The notes below the pieces were generated by a model. It ran no database searches, was not told where the DNA came from, and was given only the letters and a program-made list of their open reading frames with translations. A program made the translations under genes and the position numbers. This document shows positions 9,782 to 18,255 of a stretch of 64,000 nucleotides of DNA, in pieces. Within the stretch, counting starts at the first letter, position 1. Each line of letters starts with the position of its first letter. The stretch comes from Christensenellales bacterium (GTDB lineage Bacteria; Bacillota; Clostridia; Christensenellales; Aristaeellaceae): the NCBI GenBank assembly GCA_045130815.1, contig JBGUQG010000143.1, forward strand, positions 12,049-76,048, read 5' to 3'.

Positions 9782-9810
9782 TTGCGCAAACCGGTCCCTG
9801 CGCGTATAAT
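9782..9810 (+). promoter_or_regulatory. arg operon promoter (TTGCGC, 17-nt spacer, TATAAT)
   Basis: -35 at 9782-9787 and -10 at 9805-9810, 36 nt upstream of the argC ATG. Confidence 0.5.
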
Positions 9811-9845
9811 CAGTGTATATTTATTACAATGCTCGGAGGATGGAC

Positions 9846-10766
9846 ATGAAGCGTGTATTCATCGACGGCAGCGCGGGCACCACGGGGCTGCGCATACGCG
9901 AACGGCTGGCCGCGCGGCGGGACATCGAACTGATCGCCCTGCCGGAGGCGCTGCGCAAGGACGTGAGCGCCCGCAGGGACGCGCTGAACGGGGCGGATAT
10001 CGCCTTTCTGTGCCTGCCGGACGCGGCGGCCGTCGAGGCGGCGGGCCTGATCGAAAACCCCAACACCGCCGTGATCGACACCTCCACCGCCCACCGCACC
10101 GCCGAGGGCTGGGTGTATGGCTTTGCCGAGCTGCCCGGCCAGCGGGATCTGATCGCGGCCTCAAAGCGCATCGCCAACCCCGGCTGCCACGCCAGCGGCT
10201 TCGTGGCGCTGGTCGCCCCGCTGACCCACGCGGGCCTGGTGGATGGGGGCGCGCTGCTGAGCTGCGCGTCGCTGACCGGCTATTCCGGCGGCGGCAAGAA
10301 GATGATCGCCGATTACGAGGCCGAGGGCCGCAGCCCCCTGCTGGACGCACCGCGGCAGTACGGCCTTTCCCAGGCCCACAAGCACCTGCCGGAGATGGCG
10401 GCGATGTGCGGGCTCGCCCACGCCCCGGCGTTCATGCCCATCGTGGCGGACTACTACAGCGGCATGGAGGTGACCGTGCCCCTGTTCGCGTCACAGCTGA
10501 AGGGCGATATCGAGGACGTGAAGGCCGCCTACCGCAGCCTGTACGCCGGGCCGGTGGTGCGCTATGAAGAAGCGGACGAGGGCGGCTTCCTGTCCGCCGG
10601 GGCACTTTCCGGGCGGGACGACATGGCGGTCTCCGTATACGGCAACGCCGAGCGCGTGCTGCTGGTGGCCCGCTTCGACAACCTGGGCAAGGGCGCTTCC
10701 GGCGCGGCCATACAGAATATGAACATCCTGCTGGGCGCGGACGAGACCGAGGGACTGGTGATCTGA
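9846..10766 (+). CDS. argC: N-acetyl-gamma-glutamyl-phosphate reductase (short/type-2 form)
   Basis: MKRVFIDGSAGTTGLRI N-terminus and catalytic-Cys motif NPGCHASG. GGAGGA RBS 5 nt upstream of the ATG at 9846. Confidence 0.9.
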   Translation: MKRVFIDGSAGTTGLRIRERLAARRDIELIALPEALRKDVSARRDALNGADIAFLCLPDAAAVEAAGLIENPNTAVIDTSTAHRTAEGWVYGFAELPGQRDLIAASKRIANPGCHASGFVALVAPLTHAGLVDGGALLSCASLTGYSGGGKKMIADYEAEGRSPLLDAPRQYGLSQAHKHLPEMAAMCGLAHAPAFMPIVADYYSGMEVTVPLFASQLKGDIEDVKAAYRSLYAGPVVRYEEADEGGFLSAGALSGRDDMAVSVYGNAERVLLVARFDNLGKGASGAAIQNMNILLGADETEGLVI

Positions 10767-11230
10767 TGGAACAGATTCAGATACTGCCCATGCGCGAGGA
10801 AGATTACGACGACGTGCGCGCGCTGTGGATGACCATCCGCGGCTTCGGCATCCGGGCGCTGGACGATTCCCGGGAGGACGTGGCCCGCTTCATCCGCCGC
10901 AACCCCACCACCAGCGTGGTGGCCCGGACGGGCTCGGGCAGGATCGTCGGCTCGATACTGTGCGGCTCGGACGGGCGGCAGGGCGCGCTGTATCACGTGT
11001 GCGTGGCCCGGGAATACCGCCGGCAGGGCATCGGCACCCGCATGGTGGGCCATTGCATGGAGCGCCTGCGGGAAATGGGCATCAACAAGGTGGCCCTGAT
11101 CGCCTTTGCCAGCAACGACGTGGGTAACGCCTTCTGGCGGCAGATCGGCTGGAAGCAGACCGACGTGAATTATTATGAGTTCGTGCTGAACAAGGACAAC
11201 ATCACGCGATTTATAGGAGAGGACCAATGA
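10766..11230 (+). CDS. GNAT-family N-acetyltransferase embedded in the arg operon
   Basis: GNAT acetyl-CoA motif YRRQGIGTRMV. TGATG overlap with argC and ATGA overlap with argJ. Confidence 0.8.
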   Translation: MEQIQILPMREEDYDDVRALWMTIRGFGIRALDDSREDVARFIRRNPTTSVVARTGSGRIVGSILCGSDGRQGALYHVCVAREYRRQGIGTRMVGHCMERLREMGINKVALIAFASNDVGNAFWRQIGWKQTDVNYYEFVLNKDNITRFIGEDQ

Positions 11231-12474
11231 ACATCGAACGCATCGTGGGCGGCGTGACGGCGGCGAAGGGCTTCAGGGCCGCCTGCTGCGCCGCGGGCAT
11301 CAAGTACAAGGGGCGCACGGACATGGCCATGATCGCCAGCGACGCGCCCTGCAGCGTGGCCGGCACCTTCACCAGCAACGTGGTCAAGGCCGCGCCGGTG
11401 ATCTGGGACCGGGATATCGTGAACAGCACCGGCGTCGCCCGGGCGGTGGTGGTCAACGCCGGCATCGCCAACGCGGCCACCGGACAGGCGGGGCTTGAGA
11501 CCTGCCGGAAAACCGCGGAGCGCGCCGCCGAGGCGCTGGGCATTCCCGCGAATGAGGTGCTGCTGGGCTCCACCGGCGTGATCGGTCCGAACCTGCCCAT
11601 GGACCGCATCGCCGCGGGCGTCGACGCCCTGGCGAAGTCGCTTTCAGGCGCCCTGGAGGCCGGCACCGCCGCCAGCCGGGCCATCATGACCACCGACACC
11701 GTGAACAAGGAGTGCGCCGTGGCCTTCGACCTGCCCGCCGCCAGCGGACAGGGCTCTGTCCGGGTCCATTTGGGCGGCATGAGCAAGGGCTCCGGCATGA
11801 TCCACCCCAACATGTGCACGATGCTGGGCTACGTGACCACCGATTGCGCCATCGACCGGAAGCTGCTGCAGAAGGCGCTGAGCGCCGTGGTGCCGGACAC
11901 CTTCAACATGATCTCGGTGGACGGCGACACCAGCACCAACGACACGCTGCTTCTGCTGGCCAACGGCGCGGCGGGCAACGCGCCCATCACAGGCGAGGGC
12001 GAGGCCTATGAAGCCTTCGCGGCGGCGCTGCTTGCCGTGTGCCGCGACCTGGCCATAAAGATGGCCGGCGACGGCGAGGGGGCCACCCACCTGATGGAGA
12101 TGCGCGTCACCGGCGCGGACACGAAGGCGCACGCCCGCGCGCTGGCCCGCTCGGTGGTGGGCTCCAGCCTGGTGAAGGCCATGGTGTTCGGCAAGGACGC
12201 CAACTGCGGCCGCGTCCTCTGCGCGCTGGGCTACGCCGGGGTGGAATTCGACCCCGCCGTGATCGAGCTGTACCTCGTCGGCGAAAAGGAAGACCTGTGC
12301 TTCTATAAGGACGGCCGCGTGCAGGACTTCGACGAGGAAAAGGCCCTTCAGATCCTGTCCGAAAAAGCGGTGCGCTTTGTGTGCGACATGGCCATGGGCG
12401 ATGCGGAGGCCACCGCCTGGGGCTGCGATCTGACCTACGACTACGTGAAGATCAACGGAGATTACAGATCATAA
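11227..12474 (+). CDS. argJ: Bifunctional glutamate N-acetyltransferase / amino-acid acetyltransferase
   Basis: ArgJ family: KGSGMIHPNMCTMLGY self-cleavage region and a C-terminus ending ...VKINGDYRS. Confidence 0.93.
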   Translation: MNIERIVGGVTAAKGFRAACCAAGIKYKGRTDMAMIASDAPCSVAGTFTSNVVKAAPVIWDRDIVNSTGVARAVVVNAGIANAATGQAGLETCRKTAERAAEALGIPANEVLLGSTGVIGPNLPMDRIAAGVDALAKSLSGALEAGTAASRAIMTTDTVNKECAVAFDLPAASGQGSVRVHLGGMSKGSGMIHPNMCTMLGYVTTDCAIDRKLLQKALSAVVPDTFNMISVDGDTSTNDTLLLLANGAAGNAPITGEGEAYEAFAAALLAVCRDLAIKMAGDGEGATHLMEMRVTGADTKAHARALARSVVGSSLVKAMVFGKDANCGRVLCALGYAGVEFDPAVIELYLVGEKEDLCFYKDGRVQDFDEEKALQILSEKAVRFVCDMAMGDAEATAWGCDLTYDYVKINGDYRS

Positions 12475-13343
12475 TGGATAAGACATTCTCAAATGCCGAT
12501 CGCGCCCAGGTGCTGGTGCAGGCGCTGCCCTACATCCGGCGGTACGCGGGCAAGATCGTGGTGGTAAAGTACGGCGGCAACGCCATGGTGAACGAGCAGC
12601 TGAAGCAGCAGGTCATGGAGGACGTGGTGCTGCTGTGGCTGATCGGCGTGAAGGTGGTGCTGGTGCACGGCGGCGGCCCGGAGATCAGCGAGGTCATGGG
12701 CAAGCTGGGCAAGCAGGCCGTGTTCGTGGACGGCCTGCGGGTCACCGACAAGGAGACCGTGGACATCGTGCAGATGGTGCTGGCGGGCAAGATCAACAAG
12801 ACGCTGGTGAACCTGCTGGAGATGAAGGGCGGACAGGCCATGGGCATCTCCGGCATGGACGGACGCCTGATCGAGGCCGAGATGCGCGACGAGCGCCTGG
12901 GCTACGTGGGCGAGGTCACGAAGGTGAACATCCGGCCCGTCACCGACCTGCTGGAGAAGGGCTACATTCCCGTGATCTCCACGCTGGGGTGCGACCGGGA
13001 GGGCAACGCCTACAACATCAACGGCGACACCGCCGCGGCCCACGTGGCCGGGGCGCTGGGAGCCGAGCGCCTGATCATGCTGTCCGACATCCCCGGCCTG
13101 CTGCGGGACAAGGACGACCCCGCCACCCTGATCCCGGAGCTGACCATTTCCGAGGCCCACACCCTGCGGGAGCAGGGCGTGATCTCCGGCGGCATGATCC
13201 CCAAGATCGAATGCTGCATACAGGCCATCCGCGAGGGCGTGAAGAAGGTCATCATCATGGACGGCCGGGTCCCCCACTCCATACTGATGGAGCTGCTGAC
13301 CGACGAGGGCGCCGGCACGATGGTGAGGGGCGCGAAGGAATAG
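12474..13343 (+). CDS. argB: Acetylglutamate kinase
   Basis: VVVKYGGNAM and LVHGGGP motifs. TAATG overlap with argJ. The track ORF start at 12381 is an out-of-context extension. Confidence 0.92.
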   Translation: MDKTFSNADRAQVLVQALPYIRRYAGKIVVVKYGGNAMVNEQLKQQVMEDVVLLWLIGVKVVLVHGGGPEISEVMGKLGKQAVFVDGLRVTDKETVDIVQMVLAGKINKTLVNLLEMKGGQAMGISGMDGRLIEAEMRDERLGYVGEVTKVNIRPVTDLLEKGYIPVISTLGCDREGNAYNINGDTAAAHVAGALGAERLIMLSDIPGLLRDKDDPATLIPELTISEAHTLREQGVISGGMIPKIECCIQAIREGVKKVIIMDGRVPHSILMELLTDEGAGTMVRGAKE

Positions 13344-13365
13344 CTGTATAACAGGAGGCATCGCT

Positions 13366-14532
13366 ATGAGCAACATCATGTCCACGGACAAGACCTATGT
13401 CGCCAACACCTATGCCCGCTTTCCGGTGGAGCTGGTGTCGGGCAAGGGCTCGCTGCTGACCGGCGCGGACGGCAAACAGTACATCGACCTGGGCTCCGGC
13501 ATCGCGGTGAACGGCTTCGGCGCGGCGGACGACATCTGGCTGCGGGCCGTGACCGAGCAGCTGGGCAGGATCCCCCACACCTCGAACCTGTACTACACCG
13601 AGCCCTGCGCGAAGCTGGCGGAGCTGCTGTGCGCGCGCACGGGCATGAAAAAGGTTTTCTTCGGCAATTCCGGCGCGGAGGCCAACGAGTGCGCCATCAA
13701 GGTGGCCCGCAAGTATTCCGCCGAAAAGAAGGGCGCGGACTGCTACACCGTCGTCACGCTGAAGAACAGCTTCCACGGCCGCACGCTGGCCACGCTGTCC
13801 GCCACCGGGCAGGACCACTATCACGAGCTGTACCGGCCGCTGGTGCCGGGCTTTGAGCACATCGCCCCCGGCGACGTGGCGGCGCTGAAGGCCATCGACG
13901 AAAAGACCCCCGTGGCCGGCATCATGATCGAATGCGTGCAGGGCGAGGGCGGCGTGGTGCCGCTTCAGGCCGACTTCGTGAAGGCGCTTTCGGACTACGC
14001 GCAAGAGCACGACATCCCCCTGATCGTGGACGAGGTGCAGACCGGCAACGGCCGCTCCGGCGCGCTGTACGCCTACATGAACTTCGGCATACGGCCCGAC
14101 ATCGTGTCCACCGCCAAGGGCCTGGGCGGCGGCCTGCCCATCGGCGCGTGCCTGATGGGCGAGAAGGTGAAGGACGTGCTGGGCCCCGGCGACCACGGCT
14201 CCACCTTCGGCGGCAACCCCGCCGTGTGCGCCGGCGCGATCAGCATCCTCAGCCGCATCGACGACGCGCTTCTTCAGGGCGTGCGCGAGCGCAGCGCCTA
14301 TGTCTTCGACCAGCTCACCGGCGCGCCCGGGGTCGAGTCCGTGTCCGGCATGGGCCTGATGATCGGCATCAAGACCGTCAAGCCCGCCCGCGAGGTGGTG
14401 GCCAGGTGCATCGAAAAAGGCGTGCTCGCCCTCACCGCCAAGGATCGCGTGCGCCTGCTGCCCGCCCTGAACATCCCCATGGACCTGCTCGAAAAGGCCG
14501 TGGCCGTGCTGAAGGCGGCCTGCGGGGAATAG
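13366..14532 (+). CDS. argD: Acetylornithine aminotransferase (class III PLP)
   Basis: DEVQTGNGRSG and STAKGLGGG (PLP lysine) motifs. AGGAGG RBS. Confidence 0.9.
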   Translation: MSNIMSTDKTYVANTYARFPVELVSGKGSLLTGADGKQYIDLGSGIAVNGFGAADDIWLRAVTEQLGRIPHTSNLYYTEPCAKLAELLCARTGMKKVFFGNSGAEANECAIKVARKYSAEKKGADCYTVVTLKNSFHGRTLATLSATGQDHYHELYRPLVPGFEHIAPGDVAALKAIDEKTPVAGIMIECVQGEGGVVPLQADFVKALSDYAQEHDIPLIVDEVQTGNGRSGALYAYMNFGIRPDIVSTAKGLGGGLPIGACLMGEKVKDVLGPGDHGSTFGGNPAVCAGAISILSRIDDALLQGVRERSAYVFDQLTGAPGVESVSGMGLMIGIKTVKPAREVVARCIEKGVLALTAKDRVRLLPALNIPMDLLEKAVAVLKAACGE

Positions 14533-14545
14533 GAAATGCGTAATG

Positions 14546-14583
14546 AAAAACGAGCCGCCCGACGCTTCGGGTGGCTCGTTTTT
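14546..14583. terminator. Bidirectional rho-independent terminator between argD and hsdR
   Basis: AAAAA, stem CGAGCCGCCC, 8-nt loop, stem GGGTGGCTCG, TTTTT. Confidence 0.8.
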
Positions 14584-14585
14584 GC

Positions 14586-17500
14586 TTACGCCCTCGGCCT
14601 CGGGCCGTTCCGCATGTCCCGATATACAATTGCCCCCACAGCCCGCATGATGGCGTTATACTTGGCCTTGTCCTCGAACAGGGACTTATAGGCATTCTGC
14701 ATTTCGGTGTGTTGGGTTTCCGCGTCCATGTAGCTGTCCATGGCGATATCGCTGAACAGCTTGGGCAGCACGCTGTCCATGAAGATCTTAGGGTCGGAGG
14801 ATCGCGCAAGCTTGCCGGCCTTCTCGTCGGCCATCATCGTGCGCACGATGGTTTCGGTTACAACCCGGTCGGCCTCGGTGAAGATGCCCTTGAATTGCTC
14901 GTTGATCTTCTCGATGATCTCATCCAGCGGTTGCTTTTCCTCCTGGCCCAAGGCGCTCCTGGCCCCGGCGGGCTCGTAGACGCCGGGCGTCTGTTCCAAT
15001 TCTATCGCGCCCTCGAAGGTCTTTTGCAGCTTGTAGTATTCCAGCTGCAGCTTACCTTCAAGGTCCAGATCCGTCTTTACGTCCTGAGGCAGCAGACTGA
15101 TCAGGTAGCTGAGGAAGATGTATTCCCTGTGCAGACCAGCGTCGAACATCCGCGCCACCTGGGAGATGTACCCGTACCACTTGATCAGGCTCCGGCACAG
15201 CCTGCGGAACTGATACCGGTCGTCGGGCTTCATCAGGTTGTAGCGGTCCGCCACAGGCTTGAGCGCGCTTCCCATGCGGCCCATGGCCCTTCCATCCTGC
15301 CCGTCGCCCCGTGTGTATTCCCGGATGCACGCCTCGATGTCGTTGTCGGAATAGATGCTGTAGCCGCGCAGCTCCTTCTGTACCTTATACAGCAGGTCGG
15401 CGTTGACCTCCTGGCTGAGCAGGGTCTCCTGATAGAAGGGCTGGAAGGCCTCCTGGATGTCCTCGGCGCTGTTGATGAAATCCAGCACGAAGGTGTCGGT
15501 CTTGCCGGGACAGGTTCGGTTCAGGCGGGACAGCGTCTGCACGGCCTTCACGCCCCGCAGCTTCTTGTCCACGATCATGGTGTGCAAAAGCGGCTCGTCG
15601 AAGCCGGTCTGGTACTTTTCCGCCACGATCAGCACGTGGAAATTGTCATGGAATTCCGCCTTGGTCTGGCTCTCGGCGATGTGGCTGCCATCCCTGCGCA
15701 CGTTCAGCTTCGGCTCGGTGTATTCCTCGCCGCCGTCGACGACGCTGCCGGAGAACGCCACCAGCACGCCCACGTCCCGATAGCCCTTATCCTCGATGTA
15801 TTGCCTGCATGCCTGGCAATAGCGCACCGCCGCCAGGCGCGAGGACGTGATCACCATCATCTTGCCCTGCCCGCCGATCTTGTGCCGGGTGGTGCTCATG
15901 TAGGTCTCCACGATGATCTGCGCCTTCTGGCTGATGTTCCAGGGGTGCAGCGCCTCGAACCGGCGGATCACCTTCGCGGCGCGGCTGCCGGGCACGTCGG
16001 GGTTGTCCTCGATGGTCTTGGCGATCTTGAAGCAGGTGTCATAGGTCATGTAATTCTGCAGCACGTCCAGTATGAACCCTTCCTCGATGGCCTGGCGCAT
16101 GGAATAGACGTGGAACGGGCGGAAGCTGCCGTCCGGCTGCTCCGTGCCGAACAGCTCCAGCGTGGTGCCCTTGGGCGTGGCGGTGAAGGCGAAGAACGAC
16201 AGATTATTGTGCCGTCCGTGCACCAGCATCTCCCGGAGCAGCTTGTCCTCCGGGTCGACCTCGGCCTCCGCCTCCAGCTCCGCGTATTCCCGCAGCGCGT
16301 CCCCGGTGTCGGCCAGCGCGGCCTTCAGCTTCAGCGCGGAAGCGCCGGTCTGGGAGGAGTGGGCCTCGTCCACGATCACGGCGTAGTTTTTCCCCTTTGC
16401 GGCGTCCACCTCCTGATAGATCACCGGGAACTTTTGCAGCGTGGTGACGATGATGCGCACGCCGGCGTTGATGGCGTCCCGCAGGTCGCGGCTGCTCTTG
16501 TCGTCGTCGATGGTCTCCAGCACGCCGTTCATGTGCTCGAACTGGGAAAGCGTGCCCTGCAGCTGCTGGTCCAGCACCCGCCGGTCCGTGACGATGATGA
16601 CGCTGGAGAATATGGCGTTGTTGTCCACATCGTGCAGCGAGGCCAGCCGATAGGCCGTCCAGGCGATGGAGTTGGACTTGCCCGACCCGGCGCTGTGCTG
16701 AATGAGATAGTTATGCCCCGCGCCGTTTGCGCTCACATCGGCCACCAACCTGCGCACCACGTCCAGCTGGTGAAAGCGCGGGAAGATCAGCCGCTTTTTG
16801 CGCGTCACCGTGTCGCCCCGCTTCTCCTCGGTCACCTGCACATGGATGAACTTCTGCAACAGGTCCATCATGCTGTCCTTCTGGAACACGTTTTCCCACA
16901 GGTAGGCGGTGGGATAGCCGTCCGGGTTGGGCGGGTTGCCCTTGCCGCCGTCCCGGCCCGCGCCGGCGCTGCCCTGGTTGAAGGGCAGGAAGAAGGTGTC
17001 CTTCCCCTCAAGCCGGGTGGTCATCCACACGTCGAAGTGGTCCACGGCGAAATAGCCCAGTATGCGCTTGTTGAACTGGAAGCACAGCTCCCGCGGGTCG
17101 CGGTCGAACATCCACTGGCGCTTGGCGTCGTCGGCGTTCTGGCCGGTGTACTGGTTTTTCAGCTCGAAGGCGAACACCGGGATGCCATTCACCGACAGCA
17201 CCACGTCCACGCTCTTGTGGCACTGGGCGCTGTAGAACCACTGGCGGTTGCAGCAGATTTCGTTCGCCGCGTACAGCGCCGCTGCCGTATCGTTCAGCCC
17301 CGATTCCGGCTTGAAATAACACACCCGGAAGGCGATGCCCCGGTGCTTGAAGCCGTGGCGCAGCACCGACACCAGGCCGTCCATGTCGATGGCGTTGTTC
17401 AGCGCCAGCACGAACTTGCCCACGGGGTCGACCGCGTTCGCACCTTCGAACCGCGCCCAGGCCTTGGGCTGGGTGCGCTGAATGAAGCGGATCAGCGTGT

Positions 17501-17624
17501 CCGTGAACACCGCCGCCCGCGGGTCGTAGACGTCCTGGTTGTGGGTATATCCGCCCTCCGGGGAGAGCAGGAAGGCGGTAAGGTCGTCTTCAAAGCGTTT
17601 TTCGGTGGTATCGGTGATGGGCAT
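14586..17624 (-). CDS. hsdR: Type I restriction enzyme R subunit
   Basis: 1012 aa. SF2 helicase motifs (HSAGSGKSNSIAW Walker A, VIVDEAHSSQ DEAH box), an N-terminal nuclease region and a C-terminal domain typical of HsdR. AAGGAG RBS. Confidence 0.93.
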   Translation of the reverse strand: MPITDTTEKRFEDDLTAFLLSPEGGYTHNQDVYDPRAAVFTDTLIRFIQRTQPKAWARFEGANAVDPVGKFVLALNNAIDMDGLVSVLRHGFKHRGIAFRVCYFKPESGLNDTAAALYAANEICCNRQWFYSAQCHKSVDVVLSVNGIPVFAFELKNQYTGQNADDAKRQWMFDRDPRELCFQFNKRILGYFAVDHFDVWMTTRLEGKDTFFLPFNQGSAGAGRDGGKGNPPNPDGYPTAYLWENVFQKDSMMDLLQKFIHVQVTEEKRGDTVTRKKRLIFPRFHQLDVVRRLVADVSANGAGHNYLIQHSAGSGKSNSIAWTAYRLASLHDVDNNAIFSSVIIVTDRRVLDQQLQGTLSQFEHMNGVLETIDDDKSSRDLRDAINAGVRIIVTTLQKFPVIYQEVDAAKGKNYAVIVDEAHSSQTGASALKLKAALADTGDALREYAELEAEAEVDPEDKLLREMLVHGRHNNLSFFAFTATPKGTTLELFGTEQPDGSFRPFHVYSMRQAIEEGFILDVLQNYMTYDTCFKIAKTIEDNPDVPGSRAAKVIRRFEALHPWNISQKAQIIVETYMSTTRHKIGGQGKMMVITSSRLAAVRYCQACRQYIEDKGYRDVGVLVAFSGSVVDGGEEYTEPKLNVRRDGSHIAESQTKAEFHDNFHVLIVAEKYQTGFDEPLLHTMIVDKKLRGVKAVQTLSRLNRTCPGKTDTFVLDFINSAEDIQEAFQPFYQETLLSQEVNADLLYKVQKELRGYSIYSDNDIEACIREYTRGDGQDGRAMGRMGSALKPVADRYNLMKPDDRYQFRRLCRSLIKWYGYISQVARMFDAGLHREYIFLSYLISLLPQDVKTDLDLEGKLQLEYYKLQKTFEGAIELEQTPGVYEPAGARSALGQEEKQPLDEIIEKINEQFKGIFTEADRVVTETIVRTMMADEKAGKLARSSDPKIFMDSVLPKLFSDIAMDSYMDAETQHTEMQNAYKSLFEDKAKYNAIMRAVGAIVYRDMRNGPRPRA

Positions 17625-17636
17625 ATGTTTTCTCCT

Positions 17637-18254
17637 TTATGAATTGCTTTTTTCTGTTAATGAAACGAATTCTTTTTGAGCCATTAGTCCTCTCTGTTCC
17701 CAATCTCCAATAATATCAACAAACTTACAGGTATGGCGTATATTCCTTTCATCATAATATTTTAGGTGAATGCGATCGAAAGTTTTATCAGAGTGTTCTA
17801 TTTGGCATTTATGGAGTATAAACTCCATTCTAAACCTTTGTGCGCTTTTCTCAGGAATGACAAGTGTATACGACTCGTTGTTTGCAAGTTTGTCCTCTTC
17901 TGTCTTGCTTTTAGTGCTTTGAATCTGGGTGAACTTACCAATTTCGAATTCTTTTCTATAAGCATATAGATTAACATCTCGCACAATACGAGGTATTCCA
18001 CAGGTATTTACTACTTCGAGCCATACAGGGATGATAAGAATCGTATCATTGATGTCTAATGTATCATCCTTATAAAATCCCCAGTTTTTTCCGGTAGAAC
18101 GCTCATGTACTATTTTTGCATAAAGGCTTACTTTTCCTTTTGATTGTAATCTTTTTGAATACCATACTGAAAATATGGTTGAGCCGGCACCAATTATAGC
18201 ACCGAGCAATGCGGATGCCGAAGAAATAAATGCAATTGTCAATTGGCTACCCAT
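17637..18254 (-). CDS. Hypothetical membrane-anchored protein (ORF-X) inside the type I R-M operon
   Basis: 205 aa with one N-terminal TM helix (LTIAFISSASALLGAIIGAGSTIFSVW) followed by a soluble domain. Strongly AT-rich. Its own AAGGAG lies within the hsdS 3' end. It starts 1 nt after the hsdS stop and ends 12 nt before the hsdR start. No family motif recognised. Confidence 0.75.
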   Translation of the reverse strand: MGSQLTIAFISSASALLGAIIGAGSTIFSVWYSKRLQSKGKVSLYAKIVHERSTGKNWGFYKDDTLDINDTILIIPVWLEVVNTCGIPRIVRDVNLYAYRKEFEIGKFTQIQSTKSKTEEDKLANNESYTLVIPEKSAQRFRMEFILHKCQIEHSDKTFDRIHLKYYDERNIRHTCKFVDIIGDWEQRGLMAQKEFVSLTEKSNS

Positions 18255-18255
18255 A

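Noticed and set aside
9326-9809. ORFs of 106-142 aa in the dapA leader (both strands)
   Set aside because: The region is explained by an L-box riboswitch, its promoter and the divergent arg control region. The ORFs lack RBSs and have no protein-like composition.
14571-17642. 1023-aa ORF on the plus strand covering the whole hsdR region
   Set aside because: This is an antisense shadow ORF typical of GC-rich DNA. Its composition is low-complexity and rich in H, V, G, L, A, R, Q and D, with no RBS and no recognisable motifs. The minus-strand frame has clear HsdR helicase motifs.
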